From a bacterium (GTDB lineage Bacteria > Patescibacteriota > Minisyncoccia > Phycocordibacterales > Phycocordibacteraceae), in assembly GCA_021794425.1 (NCBI GenBank), contig JAJYQV010000038.1:1-48666 (forward strand): DNA of 48,666 bases, in the 5' to 3' direction. Under the pieces are notes generated by a model that saw nothing but the letters and a program-made list of their open reading frames with translations, ran no database searches and was not told the DNA's origin. Positions 26,423 to 34,594 of this stretch are shown piece by piece. The translations under genes and the position numbers were made by a program. The first letter of the stretch is position 1, and every line of letters starts with the position of its first letter.

Positions 26423-26975
26423 GGTGTGTTGGCGATTCTTTTTCGCGTTTCGCCTGGGCAGCGAGATCTCTCTCGATGACACCGGCGAACCCTTTTGGAC
26501 TCCGCGTGATGGGCTCGGCTACCTTGTAGGCGTAGGGGATGCGGGTGAGGAACTTCTCAAGACGTGTCTTGAGGAACTCCTCGCTCATGCCCTTGTAGCG
26601 CCCCTTGAGGAAGAGCTCGGCGCGAACCCGGTGTCCTTCGGCGAGCCACTCGGCCGCCTTTTTAGCCTTCAAGGCCATGTCATTGTCTCCGGTGCCCACC
26701 TTGATCTGGACCTCCTTCGTCTCCGACACCTTGACCTTCGCTTTGGCTACCTTCTCCTTTTTGCTTCGCTCATACTCGAATTTACCATAATCCATGATCT
26801 TCGCAACGGGCGGGGTCGCCGTTGGCGAAATCTCGATGAGGTCCTGGCCGGCCTGCTTTGCGGCCGCGAGCGCGTCAGAAAGCGAGAGCACTCCCAGGTT
26901 TTCGCCCTCCGCGCCAATAACGCGCAGCTCTGCTGCGCGTATTTCGTTATTGATGCGGAGTCGGTCGGTAGCCAC
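26409..26975 (-). CDS. infC: Translation initiation factor IF-3 (GTG start)
   Basis: RINNEIRAAELRVIGAEGENLGVL...DLIEISPTATPPVAKIMDYGKF. Confidence 0.93.
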   Translation of the reverse strand: MATDRLRINNEIRAAELRVIGAEGENLGVLSLSDALAAAKQAGQDLIEISPTATPPVAKIMDYGKFEYERSKKEKVAKAKVKVSETKEVQIKVGTGDNDMALKAKKAAEWLAEGHRVRAELFLKGRYKGMSEEFLKTRLEKFLTRIPYAYKVAEPITRSPKGFAGVIERDLAAQAKREKESPTHHENQ

Positions 26976-27070
26976 TGGAAGTACATAGAATATAGCACAA
27001 AATGGGGATAATACGCAAGGAAAATGATTGCGCCGGCTGGGAAGCCGGCGCAGGATGATCGAATGGTGCG

Positions 27071-27113
27071 GAGTTGGTCGGGGGAAGAGAGGACGATCTC
27101 GGCTTTGCCTTGG
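27071..27113 (-). pseudogene. Orphan duplicate of the 3' coding end of the PLD-nuclease gene (partner 27658-27700)
   Basis: The minus strand encodes QGKAEIVLSSPDQL, versus QGKAEIVLSSPTQL in the intact gene. 37 of 43 nt are identical by manual alignment. Confidence 0.75.
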
Positions 27114-27206
27114 GAGCTCTGTGACTTGTGCTTAGTATGCACAACAAACAGACCATCACTCGAAGCCCCGCCGAAAGGCGGGGCTTCGGGTTTTGTCGGG
27201 GAAGTG

Positions 27207-27215
27207 TGGTATGAT
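27207..27215 (+). promoter_or_regulatory. Extended -10 (TGgTATGAT) 6 nt before the antitoxin ATG 27222, predicted leaderless
   Basis: tggtatgat gcgggc ATG. Confidence 0.45.
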
Positions 27216-27221
27216 GCGGGC

Positions 27222-27410
27222 ATGACCAACGCACAGCTCAATAAGCAGATAGGCGACATCGTCGAGCAGAAGCTGCTTGAGTTTTTCGGCGACCCGGATG
27301 AAGGGCGCGAGCTCAAGAAGTCTTTTGTAACTGATTTGAGAAAACGATTGAAGGAAAAGCAGAAAACCATACCCATGTCTGTCGTGGCAAAAAAGTATGG
27401 CCTCCGTTGA
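27222..27410 (+). CDS. Putative antitoxin (62 aa) of the RelE/ParE module
   Basis: Small ORF overlapping the toxin start by 14 nt. Internal ATG of ORF 27024-27410. Confidence 0.6.
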   Translation: MTNAQLNKQIGDIVEQKLLEFFGDPDEGRELKKSFVTDLRKRLKEKQKTIPMSVVAKKYGLR

Positions 27411-27648
27411 GTGGACTCCGCGCGCCTTGCAAGACCTCGAGAAGATTGACCGTATTACCGCAGAGCGGATTGCCGCGAAGGCGATGTGGCTGGGAGAAAA
27501 CTTTGCACACATCGTGCATGAAGGACTACATCACGACTTCGGCAGTTCATACAAACTTCGCATCGGCGATTATCGCGCGGTCTACTCTATCGACGGGAAT
27601 GTCGTCACCATCCAAAAAGTAGGTCATCGTCGAGACGTGTACAAATAG
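27397..27648 (+). CDS. RelE/ParE-family toxin
   Basis: 83 aa. ...YKLRIGDYRAVYSIDGNVVTIQKVGHRRDVYK. Confidence 0.85.
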   Translation: MASVEWTPRALQDLEKIDRITAERIAAKAMWLGENFAHIVHEGLHHDFGSSYKLRIGDYRAVYSIDGNVVTIQKVGHRRDVYK

Positions 27649-28566
27649 TTATTGCGAGAGCTGGGTGGGGGAGGAGAGGACGATTTCGGCCTTGCCTTGG
27701 TAGGAGGAGATCTTGCCGGTGAGGGTGACGGTCTTGCCTGCGAGCGAGGAGAGGTCGCCGAATTTCTTGGCGTCGTCGGCGAAGATGACGCCCGAGAACG
27801 GGCAGGTCTTGTAGCTCTTGCAGAAGTCGAGAAAGACGGTCCTGCTCTTGCTCGTGTAGGCCTCGACGAGGGTGCCCGTGACTGAGGCGGTCTCGCCGAT
27901 GTGCTTGGGCGCGTCAGTGTAGGGGATGATGCCGACAGAAACGGGCGCGGCCGCTTGCGCGGCCGCGTCGGTGCCATGGTAGGCGGTAAATAATCTCGTC
28001 AAAATGTTTTCGTAGGTTTGCCGCAGAGTGGGATCGGTGCCTATTTCAAGAATCTCGTCATTGATCGTTGTGGCCGAGCCGGTCCAGTTGTAGCTCCCGA
28101 GCGCGTAGGCCTGGTCGGTGACCATCATCTTGATGTGCATGATGCCAGAGCCGTCGGCGTGCTTCTCGGTCTCTACCGGGATGCCTGCGGCGACGAGCTC
28201 TTTCACGATGGGCGCGCCGTAGCTCGATGCGGCCTGGCCCGAGTCGATGATGCCGCGCACGTCGAGGCCGCGCTCTTTCGCGGCTACGAGCGCGTCGGCA
28301 ACGTCTTTGAGCGTGAACGTGTAGATGGCGAAATAAATATGACTCTTCGCGGCATCGATGAGCGCGATGAGCTCTTTATCGTTCTCTTTCCGGTCGAGCG
28401 AGTAGAGGACACGCACGGTGCCGGGGGCGGGCGAGGCGATGGTGACGCTCGGCACCGAGACGCACGTGCCGGCGACCGCCGCGTGTCCGTTTGCCGAGTA
28501 CCCCGCGAACGCCGCCGCGCCAGCGAGCATCAGCGCCACCCCCGCGCGCACTAATTTCCGCTCCAT
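27649..28566 (-). CDS. Secreted/anchored phospholipase-D-family (Nuc-like) nuclease with a C-terminal OB-like domain
   Basis: N-terminal hydrophobic segment. Single HKD motif MHIKMMVTDQAYALGSYNWT. The stop abuts the RelE stop. Confidence 0.85.
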   Translation of the reverse strand: MERKLVRAGVALMLAGAAAFAGYSANGHAAVAGTCVSVPSVTIASPAPGTVRVLYSLDRKENDKELIALIDAAKSHIYFAIYTFTLKDVADALVAAKERGLDVRGIIDSGQAASSYGAPIVKELVAAGIPVETEKHADGSGIMHIKMMVTDQAYALGSYNWTGSATTINDEILEIGTDPTLRQTYENILTRLFTAYHGTDAAAQAAAPVSVGIIPYTDAPKHIGETASVTGTLVEAYTSKSRTVFLDFCKSYKTCPFSGVIFADDAKKFGDLSSLAGKTVTLTGKISSYQGKAEIVLSSPTQLSQ

Positions 28567-28571
28567 ACGTT

Positions 28572-28581
28572 TAGTATACTA
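28572..28581. promoter_or_regulatory. Palindromic shared -10 (TAGTATACTA) for two divergent, predicted-leaderless genes
   Basis: TATACT is read on each strand exactly 6 nt before ATG 28587 (+) and ATG 28566 (-). The start codons are only 20 bp apart. Confidence 0.5.
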
Positions 28582-28586
28582 TTTGT

Positions 28587-29288
28587 ATGGCGCTCGTTTT
28601 TGATATTGAGACGGTGGGAGAGAAGTGGGATGCGCTCGACGAGACGACGCAGCACAACCTCTCATGGTACCTGCGTGAGTCATCGCGTTCGGAAGAAGAG
28701 TATGCCTATGAGATGAAGGAATTGCGAGAGGGACTCGGGCTCTCGCCCCTGACCGGCTTCGTCGTGGCGATCGGCGTGTACGACACGGTGACCGGGAAGG
28801 GTGCAGTGTATTTCTCTGCACCCGATGCAAAAATAAAAGCGAGCGAAGAAGACGGCATCAAATACGAAGTGATGAGCGAGAAAGAGATGCTTCAGAAATT
28901 CTGGCAGGTGGTGGCGGTTTGCAATGAGTTCGTCTCGTTCAACGGCCGCAGCTTCGACGCACCGTTCCTCGCGATCCGCTCCATGGTGCACGGAGTCCCT
29001 CCGACCAAAGACCTCATGAGCAATCGGTATCTCTCGCTTCAGCGCGGCTGCACCCATGTCGACCTCATGGATCAGCTCACCTTCTATGGGGCCGCGCGAT
29101 TCAAGAAATCGCTCCACCTCTTCTGTCGGGCGCTCGGTATCAAGAGTCCGAAGGCGAGCGGGACCGCCGGCGACGACGTGGCGGCGTTGTATGCTGAAAA
29201 GAAATATCTTGAGATTGCCCGCTACAACGCCGGTGACATAAAAGCCACGGCTGCGCTTTACGAACGCTGGAAGGAGACGTTTCGCTAG
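28587..29288 (+). CDS. RNase-H-fold 3'-5' exonuclease (PolB-exonuclease-like)
   Basis: Exo motifs VFDIET, FNGRSFDAPFL, YNAGDIKAT. Confidence 0.75.
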   Translation: MALVFDIETVGEKWDALDETTQHNLSWYLRESSRSEEEYAYEMKELREGLGLSPLTGFVVAIGVYDTVTGKGAVYFSAPDAKIKASEEDGIKYEVMSEKEMLQKFWQVVAVCNEFVSFNGRSFDAPFLAIRSMVHGVPPTKDLMSNRYLSLQRGCTHVDLMDQLTFYGAARFKKSLHLFCRALGIKSPKASGTAGDDVAALYAEKKYLEIARYNAGDIKATAALYERWKETFR

Positions 29289-29347
29289 CCTATGTTGCGC
29301 GCATCGCGATGCCACCGCCGGTTCGTTCGCGTGATACCCTACGACAC

Positions 29348-29851
29348 ATGAGACCCACGGAGGAGACGGGCGAGGAAAAACGGGAGAGAGACATTCTCTG
29401 GCTGTTTGATCTTGCGCTCTTGTTGAAAATAATAAACGGCGCACTTGAAATGCTCGCCGCGCTTCTTGTGCTTTTCGTGCCGCCCGCGCTCGTGATCAAG
29501 CTCGCCGAATTTGCGACGGGCGGCGAGCTCGCGCAGGGCCCAGACGATCCGGTCGTCCTGTTCATCCGCAGCGCAGCACATACCTTCACGGTTCAGACGC
29601 ATTATTTTCTGGCAGCGTACCTCGCGCTTCATGGCGTCATCAAGGTGCTGCTCGTCATCGGCATTTTTGCCAAAAAGAAGATCGCGTACCCGCTTTTCAT
29701 GATTGCACTTTCGGTGTTTGGAGCGTATGAAGCGTATCGCGGCTTCGCCCTGCACGAACTGTTTCTCCAAGCGCTTGCCGTCTTTGATTTCGCGCTCTTG
29801 CTGCTCACGGTGCACGAGTATCGTCGTCGGTACCAGCGTCTTCCTTTCTAG
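29348..29851 (+). CDS. DUF2127-like membrane protein
   Basis: ILWLFDLALLLKIINGALEMLAALLVLF. ATG 29348 is preferred because TGaTACCCT lies 7 nt upstream. The alternative start is 29309. Confidence 0.65.
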   Translation: MRPTEETGEEKRERDILWLFDLALLLKIINGALEMLAALLVLFVPPALVIKLAEFATGGELAQGPDDPVVLFIRSAAHTFTVQTHYFLAAYLALHGVIKVLLVIGIFAKKKIAYPLFMIALSVFGAYEAYRGFALHELFLQALAVFDFALLLLTVHEYRRRYQRLPF

Positions 29852-30422
29852 CGCGATGGGCGAGGATATTGTGCCTTCCAACAAAGAAAAGGACGAGCAA
29901 GAATGCGAGCGCGATACCCCAGCGTAGCGGCCCCATCCATGCGGACGTGAGGCTGCCGAACCAGTATGAGGCGGAGAAGAGGAGCGTCGTCCAGATCGAG
30001 GTGGCCGTGATCGCGACGAAAACGAAAGTTGAGAGCGGCGAGCGGAAGAATCCGCTTGAGGTGTAGGTGGGCAAGCGCGCGCCAGGGATGAAGCGCGCCG
30101 AGAAGATGGTGAGGATGTAGCGGGTTTCAAGCCAGGTGCGGAACGGGGCGGTGAAATCATGATTGACATAGCGTGCGAGCCGCGGCGAAGTGCTCGCGAG
30201 CCAGCCAAGACAGTAGAGCCCGATGTCGCCGACGACGATGCCGGCATAGAGCGAGAGCATCGCGATGGGTACCGGAATGATTCCGTCGGCGGCAAGCACC
30301 CCGACGATGATGGTCGTCGGGTCTTCGAGAAAGAAAGTGCCGAGGATGATGGCGAGCGACACCGAGGCGGTACTACCAACAGCCCCGCTTATGAAATGGT
30401 AAAGGAAGGGGAAATGGTGCAT
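29805..30422 (-). CDS. DedA / VTT-domain membrane protein
   Basis: FLEDPTTIIVGVLAADG...ARFIPGARLPTYTSSG. Confidence 0.85.
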   Translation of the reverse strand: MHHFPFLYHFISGAVGSTASVSLAIILGTFFLEDPTTIIVGVLAADGIIPVPIAMLSLYAGIVVGDIGLYCLGWLASTSPRLARYVNHDFTAPFRTWLETRYILTIFSARFIPGARLPTYTSSGFFRSPLSTFVFVAITATSIWTTLLFSASYWFGSLTSAWMGPLRWGIALAFLLVLFFVGRHNILAHRARKEDAGTDDDTRAP

Positions 30423-30484
30423 GGGCGCCGTTCCAGTCTAGCAAATTTTTTACTTCCGCGGAGCGTAGTAGAATAAGCGGACGT

Positions 30485-31057
30485 ATGCTCACCGACCTGA
30501 CCGATGAAGAGATCGTCCGCCGCACGCTGCTCGATAAAGAGGCGTTCGCGCTCCTCATTGAGCGCTACGAGGCGAAACTCCTGCGGTATCTTGAGCGGCT
30601 CGGCGTGGGCGTTCGCGAAGATAGGGAAGACATCTTGCAAAACGCGTTCGTAAAAGCGTACAAAAACATCAACAGCTTCGACCCGACGCTCACGTTCTCC
30701 TCGTGGATGTATCGCATCGCGCACAATGAGACCATGAGCTTCTTCCGTTTCAAGCATGCGCGGCCGCAGGTGATCCTAAGCGAGGAGGGCGGATCGCTCA
30801 TCTCGGAATTGCAGGATGACGACTCTGACACGTCGGCCTCGGCCGAACTCCGGCTCTCGCGTGAGGGGCTCGCGAAAGCGTTCGCTAAGCTTGATGCGCG
30901 CTACCGCGATGCGCTCGTGCTCCGCTTCTTCGAAGATCGTTCCTATGCCGAGATGTCCGATATCCTCCAGGTGCCGGTGGGAACCGTCTCGACGCTTCTG
31001 TACCGCGCGAAACGCTCCTTGCGAGACAACCTGCAGGAATTTCATACCTCACCATGA
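30485..31057 (+). CDS. ECF-type RNA polymerase sigma-70 family factor
   Basis: Region 2 EDILQNAFVKAYKNINSFD...WMYRIAHNE. Region 4 LVLRFFEDRSYAEMSDILQVPVGTVSTLLYRAK. Confidence 0.9.
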   Translation: MLTDLTDEEIVRRTLLDKEAFALLIERYEAKLLRYLERLGVGVREDREDILQNAFVKAYKNINSFDPTLTFSSWMYRIAHNETMSFFRFKHARPQVILSEEGGSLISELQDDDSDTSASAELRLSREGLAKAFAKLDARYRDALVLRFFEDRSYAEMSDILQVPVGTVSTLLYRAKRSLRDNLQEFHTSP

Positions 31058-31929
31058 CCATGACCCCTCACACACAAGAAGGCGACCACCTCGCACGGCG
31101 GGTGCTTGATCGCATTCGCGACGAACGGCTCGCGCCGCGCCCGCGCTGGGAATTCCTGTTCAAGAACTATTTTTTCTGGGGGCTCGGCGCGCTCGCGGTT
31201 CTCCTCGGCGCCTTCGCCTTCTCGGCGGTGATCTTCGAGTTAGAGAGTGTCGACTGGCGCCTTGCGCCGGTCACGCACAGCAGCTTCTTCTCTTTCTTCC
31301 TCGATGCGGCGCCCTTCCTCTGGGTGAGCGCGCTCGCGCTATTCCTCATCATCGGGTATGTCAACGTCCGCCGGACGAAACACGGCTACCGTTACCCGCT
31401 CACGGTCATCACGCTCGGCGCCATCCTAACATCACTCGCGCTCGGGAGCGCGCTCTATGTGGCCGGTCTCGGCGGCGCCGTCGAGGGAATCGCTGGCGAC
31501 CACCCTCCTTTCCATCGTCCCATCCTCGCCGAAGAGCGTTCTTGGTGGCTTGCGCCGGGGAAGGGACTCTTGGGAGGGCGTGTCATATCGGTGGCTTCCG
31601 GAGCGACGTCCTTCGTGCTCCGCGACTTCAACGGAGTAATGTGGACGATCGACGGAAGTGATCTGCGCACTCCTGATCTGACGGCGGTCGCGCGTGGTGG
31701 TGTCGTCCGCGTCGTCGGCGTACCGACGACCGCGACCAGCTCAGCGTTCCATGCGTGCTTCGCATTCCCGTGGAATTCCTACGGGAACCCCGGGCAGGAG
31801 CCGCTCCCGTTCCCGCTTGCCACCATCGCTTCGACCAGTGAAAGAAGTCCGGCGGTCGCGCGTAGTGAAGAGTGTAAGGGCATCCGTCCTTACCGACAGC
31901 TTCGCGATATCGACGAGACGGGCTTTTAG
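31054..31929 (+). CDS. Putative anti-sigma factor / membrane protein
   Basis: 4-nt overlap with the sigma gene. Several TM segments followed by an extracytoplasmic domain. Confidence 0.55.
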   Translation: MTMTPHTQEGDHLARRVLDRIRDERLAPRPRWEFLFKNYFFWGLGALAVLLGAFAFSAVIFELESVDWRLAPVTHSSFFSFFLDAAPFLWVSALALFLIIGYVNVRRTKHGYRYPLTVITLGAILTSLALGSALYVAGLGGAVEGIAGDHPPFHRPILAEERSWWLAPGKGLLGGRVISVASGATSFVLRDFNGVMWTIDGSDLRTPDLTAVARGGVVRVVGVPTTATSSAFHACFAFPWNSYGNPGQEPLPFPLATIASTSERSPAVARSEECKGIRPYRQLRDIDETGF

Positions 31930-31988
31930 CCCCCGAGAATCTGTTTGCGAGCACAGCTTCTCGAACTCGGCGAAGGACGATTCTGTTG

Positions 31989-32025
31989 AAAATGCGCGAC
32001 CCCGCTTTGCGGGGTCGCGCATTTT
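31989..32025 (+). terminator. Intrinsic terminator after the sigma/anti-sigma pair
   Basis: 17-bp stem aaaatgcgcgaccccgc / gcggggtcgcgcatttt. Confidence 0.75.
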
Positions 32026-32053
32026 GCCATTTGCGCCGAGGCGCTACTGCGCG

Positions 32054-32059
32054 TATTCT
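32054..32059 (+). promoter_or_regulatory. -10 hexamer TATTCT 7 nt before ATG 32067, predicted leaderless
   Basis: tattct aaagggc ATG. Confidence 0.35.
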
Positions 32060-32066
32060 AAAGGGC

Positions 32067-32546
32067 ATGAAACGTATCGGGGTAGTGCTTATTCTGCTGC
32101 TCGCTTTCTGCGGGATCGCTGACTCCGCCTACCTTGCAGGGCACGAGGCTGCCGGTACGCCGCTCATCTGCAATATCCAAAACCTCAGCGGGTGCAATGT
32201 CGTCGCCCAGAGCCAATATTCACATCTGTTCGGTGTGCCGCTCGCCGAGTATGGGGTGCTGTTCTACGGGATCCTTTTCGCGCTCGCTGCCCTGGAGCTC
32301 GTCCTCTTTGACCGGCTTCTGCGGCGTGTCCTGCAAGGAGCTGCGCTCGTGGGCGTTCTCGCTTCGCTCTATTTCATGGCGGTCCAGGTTTTCTTCATCG
32401 GTGCGTTCTGTGTCTATTGCATTGCCTCCGGAATTATCGCGCTTCTCGTCTTCATGCTCGCGAGTTTCATTGAGCCGCTTCGAACGCGCTCTGTGCCGCC
32501 GGTGCAAAGCGCGCCGCCATCGCCCTCGACGCCATCGATGGCCTAA
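32067..32546 (+). CDS. Vitamin K epoxide reductase (VKOR) family protein
   Basis: TM protein with the CNIQNLSGC loop cysteines and the CVYC active-site motif. Confidence 0.85.
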   Translation: MKRIGVVLILLLAFCGIADSAYLAGHEAAGTPLICNIQNLSGCNVVAQSQYSHLFGVPLAEYGVLFYGILFALAALELVLFDRLLRRVLQGAALVGVLASLYFMAVQVFFIGAFCVYCIASGIIALLVFMLASFIEPLRTRSVPPVQSAPPSPSTPSMA

Positions 32547-32553
32547 CCTCGCT

Positions 32554-33729
32554 ATGCAACGAACCCTACTCGCCCTTCTCGTCTTGTGTCTCGCTCCGAC
32601 GAGCGCGATCGCTGCTCCTGCACCTCTTGCGCCGGCGACCTTCCGCGCCGCGCAATCGCTCGTCGCAGCGAGCTCTTCCCTGGGGAATTCTTATGCGGCA
32701 GGAGCCTCGGTGGTGCTCACCGCCCCGGTGGCCGGGGATTTCTCGGCATTTGGGGGCTCAATCATCGCGGCAGCGCCGGTCGCCGGAGACGATCTCCTCT
32801 TTGCCGGTTCGATAAACTCGCACGCGCCGGTCGCTGGAGACCTCCGCGCGCTCGGGGGGAGTGTTGACGTGGGCGAACCCGTGGCGGGCGATCTCATTGC
32901 GGCTGGCTTCTCGGTGCGCGATGCTGGGCGCGCCGGAGGGAGCGTCTTTATCATCGCCGCGAACACCACGCTTAGCAACGGCGCGCTCGGCCCGGTCACC
33001 ATTTATGGGAATAACATTTCGCTCGGCGGCCACTTTGCAGGCAATGTTACGATCGTTGCCGGAGGGCACCTCTCGCTCGCTCCCGGTACGACAATCGACG
33101 GCAAACTCTCGTATCAGGCCCCCGAAATGGCGACGATTCCCGCTTCCGCAAAGATTCTCGGCGGCATCGCTTTCACGAGCGCTTCGTACATGCCGGACGT
33201 GAGCACGTCGCGCGTCCTCTCCTTTCTGAGCGTCGGGGTTTTCCTCATCGCGCGCATCATTGGCGCGCTCATCCTCGCCGGCCTCCTCGCCGGCCTCTTT
33301 CCGAAATTCGCGGAGAATGTCGTTGACCGCGTTTTCGCAAGTCGCCCGCGGAGCCTCCTCCTTACGCTTCTGCTCGGCTTCGCGCTGCTTGTCGCGACGC
33401 CGATCGTGATTGCGCTCTTGTTGCTTACCTTTGTCGGCATCGGCATCGCGCTCTTGCTGCTGTTTCTCTATGCCCTCCTCCTTCTCCTCGCGCTCATGTA
33501 TGCGGGTATCCTGGCCGGCGGCATGCTGGCGCGGAAAGTCATGAAGCGCGAACGGGTGCTCTGGCACGACGGCGTGCTCGGAATGACCATCGTCTCGCTC
33601 GTGTCGTTAGTGCCGGTCGTCGGCTTCCCGATCGTGCTCCTCCTCGCGTTTTTCTCGGCAGGAACGCTTCTGCAGATATTCTTCTTCTTTGCGTTTCCGC
33701 ACGAAGAGCGCGGGCATGACGCGGCTTAA
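32554..33729 (+). CDS. Membrane protein with an N-terminal signal peptide, a bactofilin-like beta-helix repeat region (PVAGD repeats) and a multi-TM C-terminus
   Basis: MQRTLLALLVLCLAPTSAIA. Four APVAGD(x)6GGS repeats. Hydrophobic C-terminal third. Internal ATG of ORF 32134-33729. Confidence 0.7.
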   Translation: MQRTLLALLVLCLAPTSAIAAPAPLAPATFRAAQSLVAASSSLGNSYAAGASVVLTAPVAGDFSAFGGSIIAAAPVAGDDLLFAGSINSHAPVAGDLRALGGSVDVGEPVAGDLIAAGFSVRDAGRAGGSVFIIAANTTLSNGALGPVTIYGNNISLGGHFAGNVTIVAGGHLSLAPGTTIDGKLSYQAPEMATIPASAKILGGIAFTSASYMPDVSTSRVLSFLSVGVFLIARIIGALILAGLLAGLFPKFAENVVDRVFASRPRSLLLTLLLGFALLVATPIVIALLLLTFVGIGIALLLLFLYALLLLLALMYAGILAGGMLARKVMKRERVLWHDGVLGMTIVSLVSLVPVVGFPIVLLLAFFSAGTLLQIFFFFAFPHEERGHDAA

Positions 33730-34402
33730 TCTCGTGTCTCTCCCGCAAAAGGCCGCGCGGATTGCGCGCGCGAAAAAGATCGTCGCGTATCTGAAGAAGG
33801 CGTACCCCAAGCCCAAGAGCGAGCTCGCATACGCAACGCCGTTTCAGTTCGTCGTGGCGGTCATCCTCTCGGCGCAGTGCACCGACAAGGCGGTCAACAA
33901 GGTGACCGAGACCCTGTTTCAGAAATACAAGACGCCGAAGGACTTCGCCGAGGCCGACCCCGCGACGTTTACGAAAGAGATCTCTTCGATTCCGTTTTTC
34001 AATAACAAGGCGAAGAACATCATCGCGGCGGCAAAGGAGATAGAGGCGCGGCACGGCGGAGCCGTGCCGCGCTCAGAAAAAGAGCTCGTCGCCCTCCCCG
34101 GCATAGGCTACAAGACCGCCCACGTCGTCTTGGGCGAGCTCTTCGACGTGTGGGAGGGCGTCGCGACTGATACGCACGTGAAGCGCTTCGCGCTCCGCTT
34201 CGACCTCACCGACGCTACCGACCCGACGAAGATTTCCAAAGACCTGGAGGCGCTCGTCCCGAAGAAAGACTGGAAGTACGTAAACAACGGCCTTGTCCTC
34301 TACGGCCGCTACGTCTGCCCGGCCCGCCCGCACGACTGCTCCGACCACCCACTTACGAAGCTCTACCCGAGTGCCGCCAATAAGTGGCCGAAGGCGAAGT
34401 AG
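33716..34402 (+). CDS. nth: Endonuclease III (HhH-GPD glycosylase/lyase), with only two of the four cluster cysteines
   Basis: ILSAQCTD, LPGIGYKTAHVVLG, ATDTHVKR. The C-terminus is CPARPHDCSDHPL rather than a C-x6-C-x2-C-x5-C pattern. Confidence 0.88.
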   Translation: MTRLNLVSLPQKAARIARAKKIVAYLKKAYPKPKSELAYATPFQFVVAVILSAQCTDKAVNKVTETLFQKYKTPKDFAEADPATFTKEISSIPFFNNKAKNIIAAAKEIEARHGGAVPRSEKELVALPGIGYKTAHVVLGELFDVWEGVATDTHVKRFALRFDLTDATDPTKISKDLEALVPKKDWKYVNNGLVLYGRYVCPARPHDCSDHPLTKLYPSAANKWPKAK

Positions 34403-34522
34403 AACTCATTTCAAAACCTCCAAACCCGCCTTCGCGCGGGGCCAGTTCTCTCGAAAGAGGGTCCAATTCAAGTCTTTCGAGAGAACAGATCCCCTCGCTC
34501 GGGGAGGTTTTGAAATGAGTTC
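34402..34522. repeat. 121-bp nested palindromic element (MITE-like or long structured hairpin)
   Basis: Perfect 20-bp outer inverted repeat gaactcatttcaaaacctcc / ggaggttttgaaatgagttc. Perfect 13-bp inner repeat gttctctcgaaag / ctttcgagagaac (34445-34457 / 34474-34486). Two side hairpins. Confidence 0.85.
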
Positions 34523-34579
34523 AGGGCTATTACGCTCGTACCGGCTTTGCAGGCTTGTTTCGCGCCCCGGCGCGGCTCT

Positions 34580-34588
34580 TGCTATCAT
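34580..34588 (+). promoter_or_regulatory. Extended -10 (TGcTATCAT) 6 nt before GTG 34595
   Basis: tgctatcat agaggc GTG. Confidence 0.4.
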
Positions 34589-34594
34589 AGAGGC

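Noticed and set aside
29339-30379. 346-aa minus-strand ORF
   Set aside because: It is out of frame with, or antisense to, the DUF2127 and DedA genes, which both have clear membrane-protein signatures. Its translation is Ser/Arg/Pro-rich low-complexity sequence.
32134-32553. N-terminal 140 codons of ORF 32134-33729
   Set aside because: It overlaps the VKOR gene out of frame. A signal peptide begins at ATG 32554, which is the credible start.
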